From Monocercomonoides exilis PA203 (taxonomy: Eukaryota; Protista; Preaxostyla), in assembly GCA_001643675.2 (NCBI GenBank), contig LSRY02000023.1, positions 248,001 through 312,000 on the forward strand: DNA of 64,000 nt. The letters are read 5' to 3'. Within the stretch, counting starts at the first letter, position 1; every line of letters starts with the position of its first letter. Under the pieces are notes generated by a model that was not told where the DNA came from, searched no databases, and saw nothing but the letters and a program-made list of their open reading frames with translations. A program made the translations under genes and the position numbers. Positions 11,220 to 22,959 of the stretch are shown in pieces.

Positions 11220-13651
11220 ATGTTGATATTGTTGTTTGCTGCATCTTTCGTTTTATGTGAACCGTGCACTTTTGATCCAAATAACATATACGAATGGGCA
11301 GAAATAGAAACTTGCCTAAAAACTCTTCCAGTATATTATCAGTTTTATAAATAATAATAATAAATTATTGTGACTGTTTTATTTCATAAATTTAAATAAT
11401 TATTCAGTGGAAAAAAGATTTGGAAGAGACAAAAAATGTGATTGACATTTTATTGAAGAATATGGAAAGTTATGCTTTTCGTGATACTCTTCTTCTTCCT
11501 CCAAAGCCTTTTGATAAACTTGCAATGGACGTCGTTCAAGAATTGAAAGACATTAATGAAAAAGAATGGGATGATGGTTATGCTTTTCATGAAGAAATTT
11601 CTCGGGTAATTGCTAAAATGAAAGATCCAGACACATTTTATAGTTTTCCTTGCTCTGAATATTTCAGTTATGTGCTTCCGTTTCAATTTGTAATTGAAAT
11701 AGTGAAAAATGGTGATGCAGAAGAACTTCAAGTTAAGGCAAAGGAAGCTGCTGATCCCGAAGTTACAAAACATCATATTGGCTTGAATCGACTTGATTTA
11801 ACAGATAAAGTAATAACTGCTATTGCCCTTGATGGGGAAGACTTTAAAGACAACGAAAAGCCAGAAGAAACTATTGCAAGATGGGCTGAAGCAAATGTGC
11901 GTATTTCTCGCTCTCCTGCTGCAAGACTGAACTATGCACTTCGCGTGCTTTTTTCAACACGAACAGTGAGCGACATTCCACGTCCAAAGGGACCTCTTAA
12001 GGTTAGATACAAGAACGGTGACGATGATCTAGAAGGAGAAATCCAATTTTATGGGAAAGTTTCTGAGAAAATGAGCTCTCTGGACGAAAAATGCGGTGCA
12101 AAAGCCAAACAGTTCAAACAAACAACATCTGCATCATTGAAGAATGGAAAGCAAAATGAACAGACGAAGAAAGTCAACATTGCAAAGCGATCATCATCCA
12201 TGAAGGAAATTAACGGTCCAGAATATCTTCCAGACTATGAGGAAGTTGAGACTGGACCAGATGTCAAGGGAATTGTCGTGAAGAGTTGGAAAACTGTCAT
12301 TCTCCGCTTCTTCGCATTCGGAGAGGGAGACGAAAAGCGTGTGAAGCAGATGTTTGAGAATGTGATGGGCACGCTGAAGAAAGCCGACGACGCAGGTGCG
12401 AAGCGGCTGGTTGTGGACCTGCGAGGCACAAAAGGCGATGGAGAGCTGCCTATTGGGCGTGTGCTGTTCCACATGCTGTTTCCGAATGCGTTCCCTCTGA
12501 ACGGAGAAACCTGGCTGCCTGCGACAGACGAGAACCAAGCTGTGGAGAAGTCGTTGCTGAATGATCTGGAGTATTACACAACTGAGGTGGATACGCTGGA
12601 GCTGATCAAGAACATCTTCAAGGAGGAGCACAAGAAGCGGACGGTGAATGCGAACATCAACGGGAAATCAGTTGTCCGCACAACAGAATGGACTCCGACC
12701 CATGCACTGAACTTTGATGCAGACGACGTGTGGGAGATGGTGGATGAGAAGTACAGAGTTGGGGAAGACAGAGACACTCCCTTCACTCCGCAGAACATCC
12801 TTGTCATTACAGATGGGCTGTGCAGTGGAATGGCGGGGATGTTTGCGAAGCAGGTGAAGGAGATGAAGCTGGCAAAGGTGATTGGCATTGGAAAAAGCCT
12901 GCTGAACAAAGACATCGGTTTTGATGTGGCGTCTGTAGGCGGATACACCACATTCACCACGGACGACTTGGAGGCAGCACGCGAAGACGCTGAAAAGAAG
13001 AATCTGACTGACCTGCCAGCAGCATTTGCGAGGGAACACACTCTCTTCAGCTATTCTGCAAGGGAGCTGCTATCGTTTGACCACAACACGCCAGATGTTT
13101 CTCTCTCGTGGAAAGTGGTCGAAGCAGACGCGGTTGTGGCGAAGTTCCAGGAGCAGAGCGAGTATGACTCAGCTGATGGGATTGTAGCGACTGCAGAGCT
13201 GACGAACAAGTTCTTTGAATCTTGCTTCGCATGGGAGGTGCTGGACGATCGGAAAAACTGTGACGGAGAAATAAAGAAGAACGGAGGTGGAGAACACGAA
13301 GTGTGGGGCCGGCCGTGCAATGCGAAGGGAGCATTTGACAACTCAACGTGTGTGTTCTCGAGATGTGAGAATGGATACTTCAGAAAGGCCATTGAGCAGA
13401 AAGACAACTGGAGAAAGGGGACACAGACTGGGAAGGAAGCAAACGACATCAAATATGTGTGTGAGAAGATTCCAGTGCTCAAGCTGAAAGAAGAGGAGAA
13501 GAAGCATCCGCTAACTGATATTCCAGCGACACTTGCTATTGTTGCATGCGTTTGTGTTCTTTCGCTGATTGTTGCCCTTGTTGGAGCAGTAATTGCCGTC
13601 AAATCCAAAAAAGTGGAACAAAAATACACCGCAATCAATGACGATGCATGA
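11220..13651 (+). CDS. Signal-peptide-bearing, C-terminally anchored peptidase S41/CPAF-like protein, probably catalytically degenerate
   Basis: Exon 1 11220-11330 (MLILLFAASFVLC, signal-like); intron 11331-11407 is in frame; motifs LVVDLRG and ILVITDGLC; Cys-rich juxtamembrane segment; TM LAIVACVCVLSLIVALVGAVIAV. Confidence 0.72.
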
Positions 13652-13907
13652 TTGTGAGAAGACATATTTTTTATTTGGAATTTCTTTTTTCTTTTCTTTT
13701 CTTTTTTTATTTGCTATTGAATTTTCTTAGTTTTTTAAAAATTTCAAAATCTCTCTGTATTTTTACTCATGTCAATACTCCGTTATGCTTAATTTCTGAG
13801 CCAAACTTCTGTTTTTATAATTGTATGTATGCATATTATTTGAGAGTATATCCTTTAAATAATTTTTAAAAACTATTCCATTCTTTCAATGCTCGTTGGT
13901 TCATTCA

Positions 13908-13960
13908 TTTTTCTTCCTCTCTTTCTTCCTCTCTTTCTTCCTCTCTTTCTTCCTCTCTTT
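13908..13960. repeat. Short tandem repeat (TTCTTCCTCTCT) x ~4
   Basis: Directly visible 12-mer tandem array between convergent genes. Confidence 0.8.
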
Positions 13961-14644
13961 CCTTCTTTTTTTTTCATCATCTTGTTATCTCTTTATTTTC
14001 TCTTTCAATCACTTTTTAATACCACTAATCTTATACGGGATATTATTTTCCATCTCATTGAGCATTTTCTTTCCTGCTCTTTTCGAATTGGGAAAAAAAA
14101 ATGAGAGTCAAAATATGAAATCGAATCAAAAATAAAACCGTCTGGTTGAGATACGCCCAGACTTATGAAAATAAAAATCAAAAAATTAAAAATAAAATAA
14201 AAAATGAAAATATTAAATAAATGAAAATTTTAAAAAATAAAAATGTGTAAAAATATAAAAAGCAAACGCAACAAATGCATTCTGCCAAAACAATTTATCA
14301 TAAATTAATCTCAAACTATAAATAAGAATTTCTAATTGTGTGTGTAAGAAAATCTATCTTCTACAACCGCTCAAATAACAGGATGAATTACACTCACTCG
14401 TTTTCTCTCTTTCTCTCTAAGAGAATGAAATGCTATTCAGAAAGGAAATTATAAAGCCATTTATTTCATTTTAAATATAAAGATAAGCATGAGTCACAAT
14501 GCTATCTTCAAGAACTCTTTTAGGATAACAATCTTATTTTTAATAAAAAATAATGAAAAAAGCTTTCACTCCTTTTTCCTTCCAATTGGATTGGTCGAAT
14601 TTTTTAATTAAAAAAAACCAAACAACGCAACCTTCCTTATTCTT

Positions 14645-17600
14645 TCACTCGTACTTCATTGACGACTTTTCTCTGTCTTCTCCACCACTTCCCCCACCCC
14701 CTCCCCCGCCTTCCTCTTCTCCTCCTCCGCCTCCACCAATGTTGCTTCCGTTCCCACCACTTATGCTACTTGTAATGCTCCCTCCACCACTTCCTCCTCC
14801 TCTCTTCCCTCTCCCTCTTCCCCCTCCTCCTCTTCCCCTTCCTCTCCCTCTCCCCCTCATCGCTGCCTCCTCCTCTTTCCTCTCTTTCCTCTTGTCCATC
14901 ATCCTCTCCTTTGTGCTCGAACCAATCTCCTCCGAATTTCTCGGTGGGATTGGTGGTGCAGGCCTTTCAGCAGGCGCCTTCAGCAGCGCCTGCTCCATGT
15001 TTTGTATTCTCAGTGCTAAGTGCCTCTGCAGCTGCCTCCGCCCATCGTCAGTCAGAAGAGACAGAGACTCCCTCATTTCATGCAGCAAAACACGCTTTGT
15101 GGGCTCAGCTGCATAGTCAAAGATGCGCTGTGCGACGTAGTTACCGTATTGATCAAAAAGAAGGAAGAGAAAAGGGTTGTTTGTTGGGTGGAATGACAGA
15201 TCCAGTGTGGATGTTCCGGAGGAGCTGTCATTTGAAGAAGAGGAAGAAGAAACAACAGCAGTAGCAGCAGCAGGCCCCGCCAGCACCACCGGTGAGACCA
15301 TCTTCTTCGACGAGGACGCTGTGAAAGGCGGCGGGGCTGCTCTGATTTCTGCAATGATCTCCTCCCTCATGTCCTGCATGCCATACACGATGCACTTCTC
15401 AATTACATTCGACGCAAATTTGTGTGTGGACAGGGCGAAATAGCAGCCACGCAGCACAGTCAGCAGAGCTCTTTGGACAGGCTCTGCGCCGTGGACGAGG
15501 ATGTGCTGCATGACATAGTTCCCGTGCTCACTCTGGATGACCTCCAGCAGCCGCGGCAGCAGCGCCTCGAACAGCTGCAGCTGCTGTGCGGGGGCCGTGT
15601 GCTCCAACAGACGCTGCAGCACTCGACAGCCATACATGTGCATCGCAATATCTGGCGCCCCCCGCATCACCACAGCCTCCACCACCACACTCAGATCACC
15701 CGGCGATAGTGAAGGAGTAGCTATGCACCGCTGGATGACATGGTTGGCGTTCTGATCCTGCAAACAGTCGATCGTGTATGGCAGCAGCTCCACCGCCAGT
15801 CTTCTCGCCATTGCATACCCTCTGCTCCGCTCCTGGTTCTCGCCCACATCGTCCGTCGGCTGCCACTTCCCACCTCCGTCTAAGTAGTCAAATGCATTCT
15901 GTGCAACTCTGCATGCGAAGGGATGCTTCGAGATCTCATACATCATCCCTTCCATCGCACCCACAATACGTGCCCGCTCATCCATTGTGCCTACCTCCAG
16001 GAAGCGCTGGATAACATAGTTCGCATACTGCTCTTTGATCAGAGCGCGCGTCTGCGGCACAGACACTGTCAGCTCGCCCAGCATCGCCTGCCTCTCCTCT
16101 GCTGTTGCGATCGCAAGCATCTTCTGGATCACCCGCGACCCCATCGCATCCACAGCGAAGTTCTGCACATGGCCCATGATCGAATAAGGCATCTTGAAGA
16201 ACACTGTGCCCTGGTGCAGCTGCTGCACACGCTCGTCGTGTGAAGAGGCCTCCCTCAGCACCTCAGGCGACACAGAGGCAGTCAGCGAAGGGGCAGTGGC
16301 AGCATACACAGAAGAGACAGGGGCGCCCACGTAGTAGGGCATTCCGGGGGGAAGGATGAATTGAGAGGGAAGTGTGCTGTATGAAGGAGAGGAAGCAGAG
16401 GAAGCAGCAGAAGAAGTGGTAGGAGAAATAGTTGCAGAGGCAGAGGTTGATGCTGCTGAGACAGAAGCAAGAGAAGCAACAGGAACAGATGCTGTTAATG
16501 GCAATGATACTGCTGCTACTGATGAAGATAATGGAGAAGTGGAAAGAGTATTAGTAGAAGAAACAGCAGAAGAAGAAGAGAGTGAAGCAGGAGAGACGAG
16601 ATTAAGCTGTGTTTGTGTGAGTGGAATGGAAGACGATGGCGATGTGGCTGCTGTAGCGGTGAGCTGCGTGTAGGTGTATGGAGATTGAAATGATGTCTGG
16701 TATAGCGTCGGCACACCAGCATTGACAATTTGGGGGATTGTGACAATTCCTCCGATGGCTGATGACGATGATGGTATTGTTGGTAAGGAAGAAGAAGAAG
16801 AAGAGGAGGAGGAGGAAGAGGAAGATGTGGATGTGGTTGTTTCAGGAATAGTGGAAGGAACAGAAGTTGAAGCAGAAGAAGAGGCAGATGCGGATTCAGA
16901 TGTGGAAACAGGAACAGCTGCAGCGGCTGTGTTTGAAGAAGGTTGATCTGACGTGGTGTCGCCTGCTGGTGTTGCGTTCGAGACCAATGATAGTGGATTG
17001 ATTGCTTGAACAGCAACACCTGAAGCGACGGAGCCTGGAGCCTTCACCTGCTGCGCGGTGGTGGAGTGCTGGAGCAGCAAGCCAGAAGGCGATGCGGCAG
17101 AAATGATCTGTGGGGGAGAGGTCAGCATCTGCCCTGTCGGAGACTGTGTGAGGGTGAATGTCACAGGAGAGTGAATCAGAGAGAGAGATTGTTGTGCTGC
17201 TGAAGACTCGGGAAGAAATGATGACGTGACTGCTGGCACTTGTATCATAGGCACAGATGTTAATGAAGACGAGGGTGAAGAGGATGACAATGATGAATGA
17301 TTTATCGGAGAAGAGGATATATTCTTTCCGTCACCAGCAGAAACAAAATCTGGCGACAAATTTGGAGGAGGCGAATACAGAGCTGGAGATGTGGAGTAAG
17401 CTTGAATTGGATAAAATGTGGGAGGAGATACACTCATTTGAGGTGCGATTGGTTTTCCAGATGAGAGAAAAGAGCCTTGCTGTGAAGTGCTTGTGGAAAG
17501 ATTTGATAAAAATGATGGATACATTGTTGGACTTTGACCGGCTTGAATTGCAATATTTTGAGCAATAACCGGAGAAGTAACTTGGGCAACGGAATATCCT

Positions 17601-18096
17601 CCATGAATTGACGGACTTGAAATTAGATATTGCATTGCAGGACTCGTGTCTACAGGAATTGGAGAAAACTGAGAGCTTGAAGATTTTTGTCCAAGAGGAT
17701 GAAACGATGTTTGCGTAAAAGAATTTTCATTGGGGCTTTTCCTTTTTTCTTCTTGATCCGGTTTAGGTGCGAAAGAAGGTTTTGGTTCTGAATTGATTGG
17801 AACACTTTGTTTCAAGGTGCTAAGAAGAGGATTCAACGGGGAGATTCCACAAAACTGGGCCGCAGGACTCCATGTTAACGTTGCAATCGGAATTTGCTGC
17901 TTTTGTAAAGGAACCTTCAATGGTATCGAAGGTGAAGACGGAAAGCTAAAATTCACAGAGTATAGAAGTTAATTAAATAAAATAGTTGAATCAAATTCAA
18001 ATAAAAATACTTTGCAGGCAGTGCAGTATCGTGCTGTATTTGTGAATAAGGCAAAGACGTCACTTTTTGCATTGCCCTTCGATCAAAATCTGACAT
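14645..18096 (-). CDS. PUM: Pumilio/PUF RNA-binding protein with 8 PUF repeats, Ser/Pro-rich N-terminus and RG/Gly-rich tail
   Basis: Eight PUF repeats (GSRVIQ, ANYVIQ, ACRVAQ, ANHVIQ, GCRVLQ, GNYVMQ, ASNVIE, GNYVAQ) at ~15100-16190; ATG 18096 exon spliced through a short intron at ~17946-18010. Confidence 0.93.
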
Positions 18097-18734
18097 TGCT
18101 ATATGTTATGGCTATGGTGATCATTCGGCAGATGCGAAAAAAATTATGCAAAATTTGTTGAATAACATATTAGCAAATGAAAGATATGCCAAAATTTATC
18201 TTTACCTTTTCAAAATTTTTGTGAATGGATTAATGAAAATAAATACATCAATTATTATTTAAAAAAGTAAAAAAAGCAACGTTCGCTCCAAGAAACGACA
18301 AATAGTCCTCCGAAATGTTAAAGAGATGCCAGAGCTAATATTAAATAAATCACAGGTCATTTTTTTTTAAAAAAAAAGAAAATGAGTTTATGAGCTTTTC
18401 TTTTTCAATATTTCTTTATAAATAAACCTGTTTCATCAATTTATGAAAACCGAACAAAGTGCAATGTTTTTGTGGCATACAATTACGTCTGAAAAATGTG
18501 AAAGAAAGAAAGAAAGAAAATTTTAGTTTGAAGGGTGTCTAATTTTTGAAAAGAAAGTTGCCGAAAACAAAAGATCTGAACAAATGTGAAGTGACTAGCA
18601 ATCCAATTGATGTGGACAAGAGAGAAAGAAAGCCTTTATAAGAAATGCTATAAAGACTTACAAGAACTTAAATAAGGAATTGAAGAATAAAAGATGTACA
18701 AAAAAAATAAAAAAAAAAAAAAATATTATATTTC

Positions 18735-21429
18735 TTAGCTTTGCTCTTTTTCTTGCTGAAGCTGCACGACTCTTTCGTGCTCTGCCTCCAACAGCACCTT
18801 CAAGCGGGACTTGTCTGCCTTGATCTCCTTCATCTCCTCCTCCATCCTGCTCTTCGCCTCCTCCTCTTCCTTCAGCTTCTCCTTGATGTCGTTGATCCTC
18901 GCCATCAGCGTCGTCTGCAGCATCGTGTTGTTCTGCTTTGCGCTTTCAATCTGCTCCATCAGACTGGAAAATTGCGACTGCGCTTTCTCTTCTGCATCCA
19001 CCGCCTGCGCACACCGCTGCGCCATCTGGCTCATCTGCGCTGCCATCTCCTCCTGGCGCTTCTGCGACTCTGACAGCTCACTCGTCAGTTTCTGAATGGG
19101 AAATTATTTATTTATTTATTTATTTATGAATAAAAAAAAATGAGTATAAGGAAAATTTATATTCAGAGAAGGGAAAGAGGAAAGGAGGGAAAGAGGAGAG
19201 GAAGAAAAAGATTAAATAAACATGTTATTTTTTATAGCAATCCAAAATACAAACCTCGACTTTGCCTTGAAGTTCTTCGCTTTCCTGTTCAAGTTTCGCA
19301 ATTTCGCTTTGTGAAGCCTTCATTTTCTCTTCCCACTTTATTCAAAATAAAGAATCAATATGAAATCACAATGAAAAAAAGGATAACAATAAAAGCAGAG
19401 AAATATTCATATTGGTTGATTATTAAGAAATAATTGAAGATTAAACAATAAGAAATTTATTCATACTTCGACAGATTCTTTTCTCTTTTCTTCTTCAAAG
19501 TCAGAAAACTGTTCTTCTCTTCCTTTCAAATGGCTTCTCATTTCGTCAAGCTCTTCTGTCACTTTGTTGTTCTGAAGTAGCATTTCAAAATAATATGTGC
19601 AATTCAATGTCGGAGTTAGGGAAAAAAAACAGGAGAAAGAATAAACATAATGAAAAAGAAAGAAAGAAAGATGAAAGAATGGATAAAAAAAGAAGTTGAA
19701 ATCGAAATAGAATTTCAGAAATGGTATATAAATAAGAAATGGGCAACAATCAACACAAATCCAGAAACCTCTTCGTGTGCCTTTGAAAGCTGCTCCATTG
19801 CTTCGTTCATTTCCTTCTGATGTTGTTCCTTCAATGACTCGATTATCACTTCGGTTGAACCGGACTGTTGATACAACAAGCATATAAATGGATTAACAAT
19901 CAGATAAATATGCAATAGAGAAATTGGAGTAATAAAAATAATAAAAATAATGATAATGATAATGATAAAACCCTCATTTTCACTGCTTTGAGCTCTTCCT
20001 CTGCATTCTCCCTCGCCGAGTCTGCCTCTCTCAGCTCTCCCTGGAGCGACTCGATTTGCTCTGTCGCGTTGGCCAGCTGCTCCCCCAGCCCGTCCACAAC
20101 ACTTTGCAGACGCCCAATCTCTTCTGTTGTGCTCTGCTTCATCTCGGCAATCGTCTGGCTCTGCTTTTTCTCTTTCTCGTGCAGCTCCTTCGCAATTGAC
20201 ACAGCACTCGAATACTTCTTTGATACTTTGTCTAATTCCTCTTTCGTATGCTCCAGCTCTTCTTTGGTCTCTCCAAGCTATTTTTTTTTTTTTTAATATA
20301 AGCATAAGGACATATTTGTACAAGCAAATACATTTAAAATTGAATACAATTGTTAATTCAATGAAATAAAATTAATTATAATAAAAACCTCTGAATCAGC
20401 TGCCTTAAATTTATCTTCGAACATCTGTCTTTCTTCTTCGGTCTTGTCGAGCAGACCTGTTGCTTCCTTTAAATCTTGATGGAGTTGCCTGTGGAAAAAA
20501 TCAATGAAAATAAGCTATTTTAATCTAATCATTTTAAGCACACTTCATTTTCTCTCGTTTTTCATCCAGTTCTTCTCGAAGCACTCTTATTTCTTCTCTG
20601 CTGCGAGAAACTTCATATCGAAGACTTTCCTGTTATAATTATATGTTAATACAAAAATTCAATTCAATCAAGAAATGCTAATTATTTTAACCTTGAAATC
20701 TTCCACATCATCATATCCAAGTTTTTTGGCGTTCATTAATAAAGCGCTTTGTAAAGATGTAATTGTTATGTTCGCCTCTTCAAGTTGGGTATGCAGATGA
20801 TCAATTTCGTCACGTAGTTCAAAACGCTCGTCCTGAAATAATTATTATTTTTTTTAAAAATTCCCAAAAGTCAATAACAAAATACTTTCATTTCTTGTAT
20901 TTTTCCTATCAGCTTTTGAATTTTATCTGCTGCTCCTTTTCCTTCAACTGTCACTACCATTTTTGATTGAAGCTTCCTATTTTCAGCGAGTTGAGCTGCA
21001 TAATTCGATTCTGCTTCCCTTCGTGAAGCAGATTCTGCAGTTAACTGTCAGTGTTAATAAATGAATGTATGCATTATTTAGCTAAAAAGAAAACAATTTG
21101 CATACTAATTTATTTGTTGTTTCTAATTGTTTCTTCATATTTTCTAATTCTCGCTTCAACTTTGAATACTCCTCTGACTGTCGTTCAAACTGCATAAAAT
21201 CCAGCAGCATAGATCCACCATAAATTATTGTAAACGATTTCATTCGGTGTTTATTCAAATAAAAAATCACAGAATTGTTATTTTATAAAAAATCATAATA
21301 AAATGAATCTCATTTGTAAAGCAATCAATTCCAAACTGTTGATTTATCTCTTTCGTATTGTGTTGCAAGAGTATTGAATTTTTGTTGTAACTCGACAGTT
21401 TTCAGATCTGGATGAGGTTTACTCAGCAT
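18735..21429 (-). CDS. Multi-exon long coiled-coil protein (possibly extends to 18539 via a GC-AG intron)
   Basis: ATG 21429 (MLSKPHPDLKTVELQQKF); a series of short E/K/Q/L-rich exons separated by GT-AG introns. Confidence 0.7.
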
Positions 21430-21637
21430 TTAAAAAATTCTATTCTTATTTAAACAAACCCATTCATTCATAAAAAAGATCAGTTTATTTAAATTGCATT
21501 CTTTTTATTTTCTTTGTGATTTGCCGCATCATAATGTTTGTTTTTGCAAACTATTTATTTATTTTTTATTGTGCAATTCATTTATTGTCAGCATTTTTTA
21601 ATTTGTATTTGTTATTTAAATAAAAAGTTATTTATTG

Positions 21638-22438
21638 ATGTCAGTAGATAGCAAGGAAATTCCACAAATCGAACAAAATGAGAAAATAGATTCGAGCTCT
21701 ACATCGTCAAGTGAAGGACAAGAGGAAAAATTACATGAACCCCCACCAGAACCACAAGCTCAAACAAAATTATCACCAAATGAAATTCTTGCTCAATACT
21801 CAAAAACGATAGCGAAAGCCCCATTAGCTTCATTTGCCACTAAAAATAGTGATCATGAAGATAAACTTTCATACTTTCTTCAGAAAGCTGAACAAGAAGA
21901 GCAATTTGTAAAACAGCTTTTGTCTGGAAAAGCGAAAGCTACAGTTGCAACTGTAACAATGTTCAGTGCTCAGTCAGGAGGAAAAGCTGGAATGGGGCTT
22001 CCTTCACGTGGTGAAGCAGCACTTGCTCCAGGAACAAAAGAAACAGATTCTGTTGGATCTCCAAGAAAAAGAAAAAGATCAGAATCGGGCTCAAATACTC
22101 CACCATCAGAAATTAATGATCTAAGGACAGATGAAACGCAACGATCCGAAGCAAAATCTCCATTTGAATGCGAAAACAAAAAGATGACAGATATTACCCG
22201 CTCCAAAAGAATGATTCGAGATGACGATGATGATGAGCCTATGAATTATCAAACACCAGAAACGATCGAACAGAAGAAATCATCATCCAAAAATAAAGAA
22301 ATTACCGTTACAAATTCTGTATCAGACAAGAAGGATTTGAGTGAAAATAAGTCTGAAAAAAAAGAGACTTATGCTGAGTGGAGAGCTCGAATGCTGCAGC
22401 GTGCACAGATTCAAAGAGATTCAATGAAAGCGCATTGA
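21638..22438 (+). CDS. Charged hypothetical protein (~266 aa), probably nuclear
   Basis: Single ORF; PRKRKR NLS-like motif; C-terminal ETYAEWRARML helix. Confidence 0.7.
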   Translation: MSVDSKEIPQIEQNEKIDSSSTSSSEGQEEKLHEPPPEPQAQTKLSPNEILAQYSKTIAKAPLASFATKNSDHEDKLSYFLQKAEQEEQFVKQLLSGKAKATVATVTMFSAQSGGKAGMGLPSRGEAALAPGTKETDSVGSPRKRKRSESGSNTPPSEINDLRTDETQRSEAKSPFECENKKMTDITRSKRMIRDDDDDEPMNYQTPETIEQKKSSSKNKEITVTNSVSDKKDLSENKSEKKETYAEWRARMLQRAQIQRDSMKAH

Positions 22439-22959
22439 TAATGAAATGACTTTGCGAAGTCATGTGTTGAATGTAATAATAGCTTAAAATGAGAAATCTT
22501 TAGGTTTTCAAATACACAAAGATGGAAATATTTGGAATTTAACGATTTTGCGTTCAATGATAAACACATTTTACTCAATGATAGTTTTGTCTTCATCAAA
22601 TTTTGGAAATAAATTGAGGATTATCTTGTATTATTTTGATTGAATATTCTTATTCAAATATGTTCACTTTTTGAATGAGAGCTTATGTATTTTTGCATCT
22701 TTTGGTTTTTTGAAGAAAAAATACAGCTCAAAAAAATAAATAACTTATGTCTTTTGCTTGAATGCTATGAATTAAAAAGATATAAAAAGAAAGAATAAAC
22801 GAAGTTATAATCATGTCTTGATCCTTTTGTATTAAAAATGGATCCTATAAACAGCATGTAAACGAAATCGAATTGAAAAGAAAAACTTTTTTTATAGCGT
22901 TCAAATGACTGTTTTTTGAATTGAAATAAGATTGGGGAGAGGGAAGGGGAAGAAAGAGA

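Noticed and set aside
14100-14644. Pumilio autoregulatory element in its own 3' region
   Set aside because: No TGTANATA found on the coding strand by eye
22436-22500. SECIS element after a TGA stop
   Set aside because: TGA is followed immediately by TAA, and the spacing and pairing do not fit a SECIS
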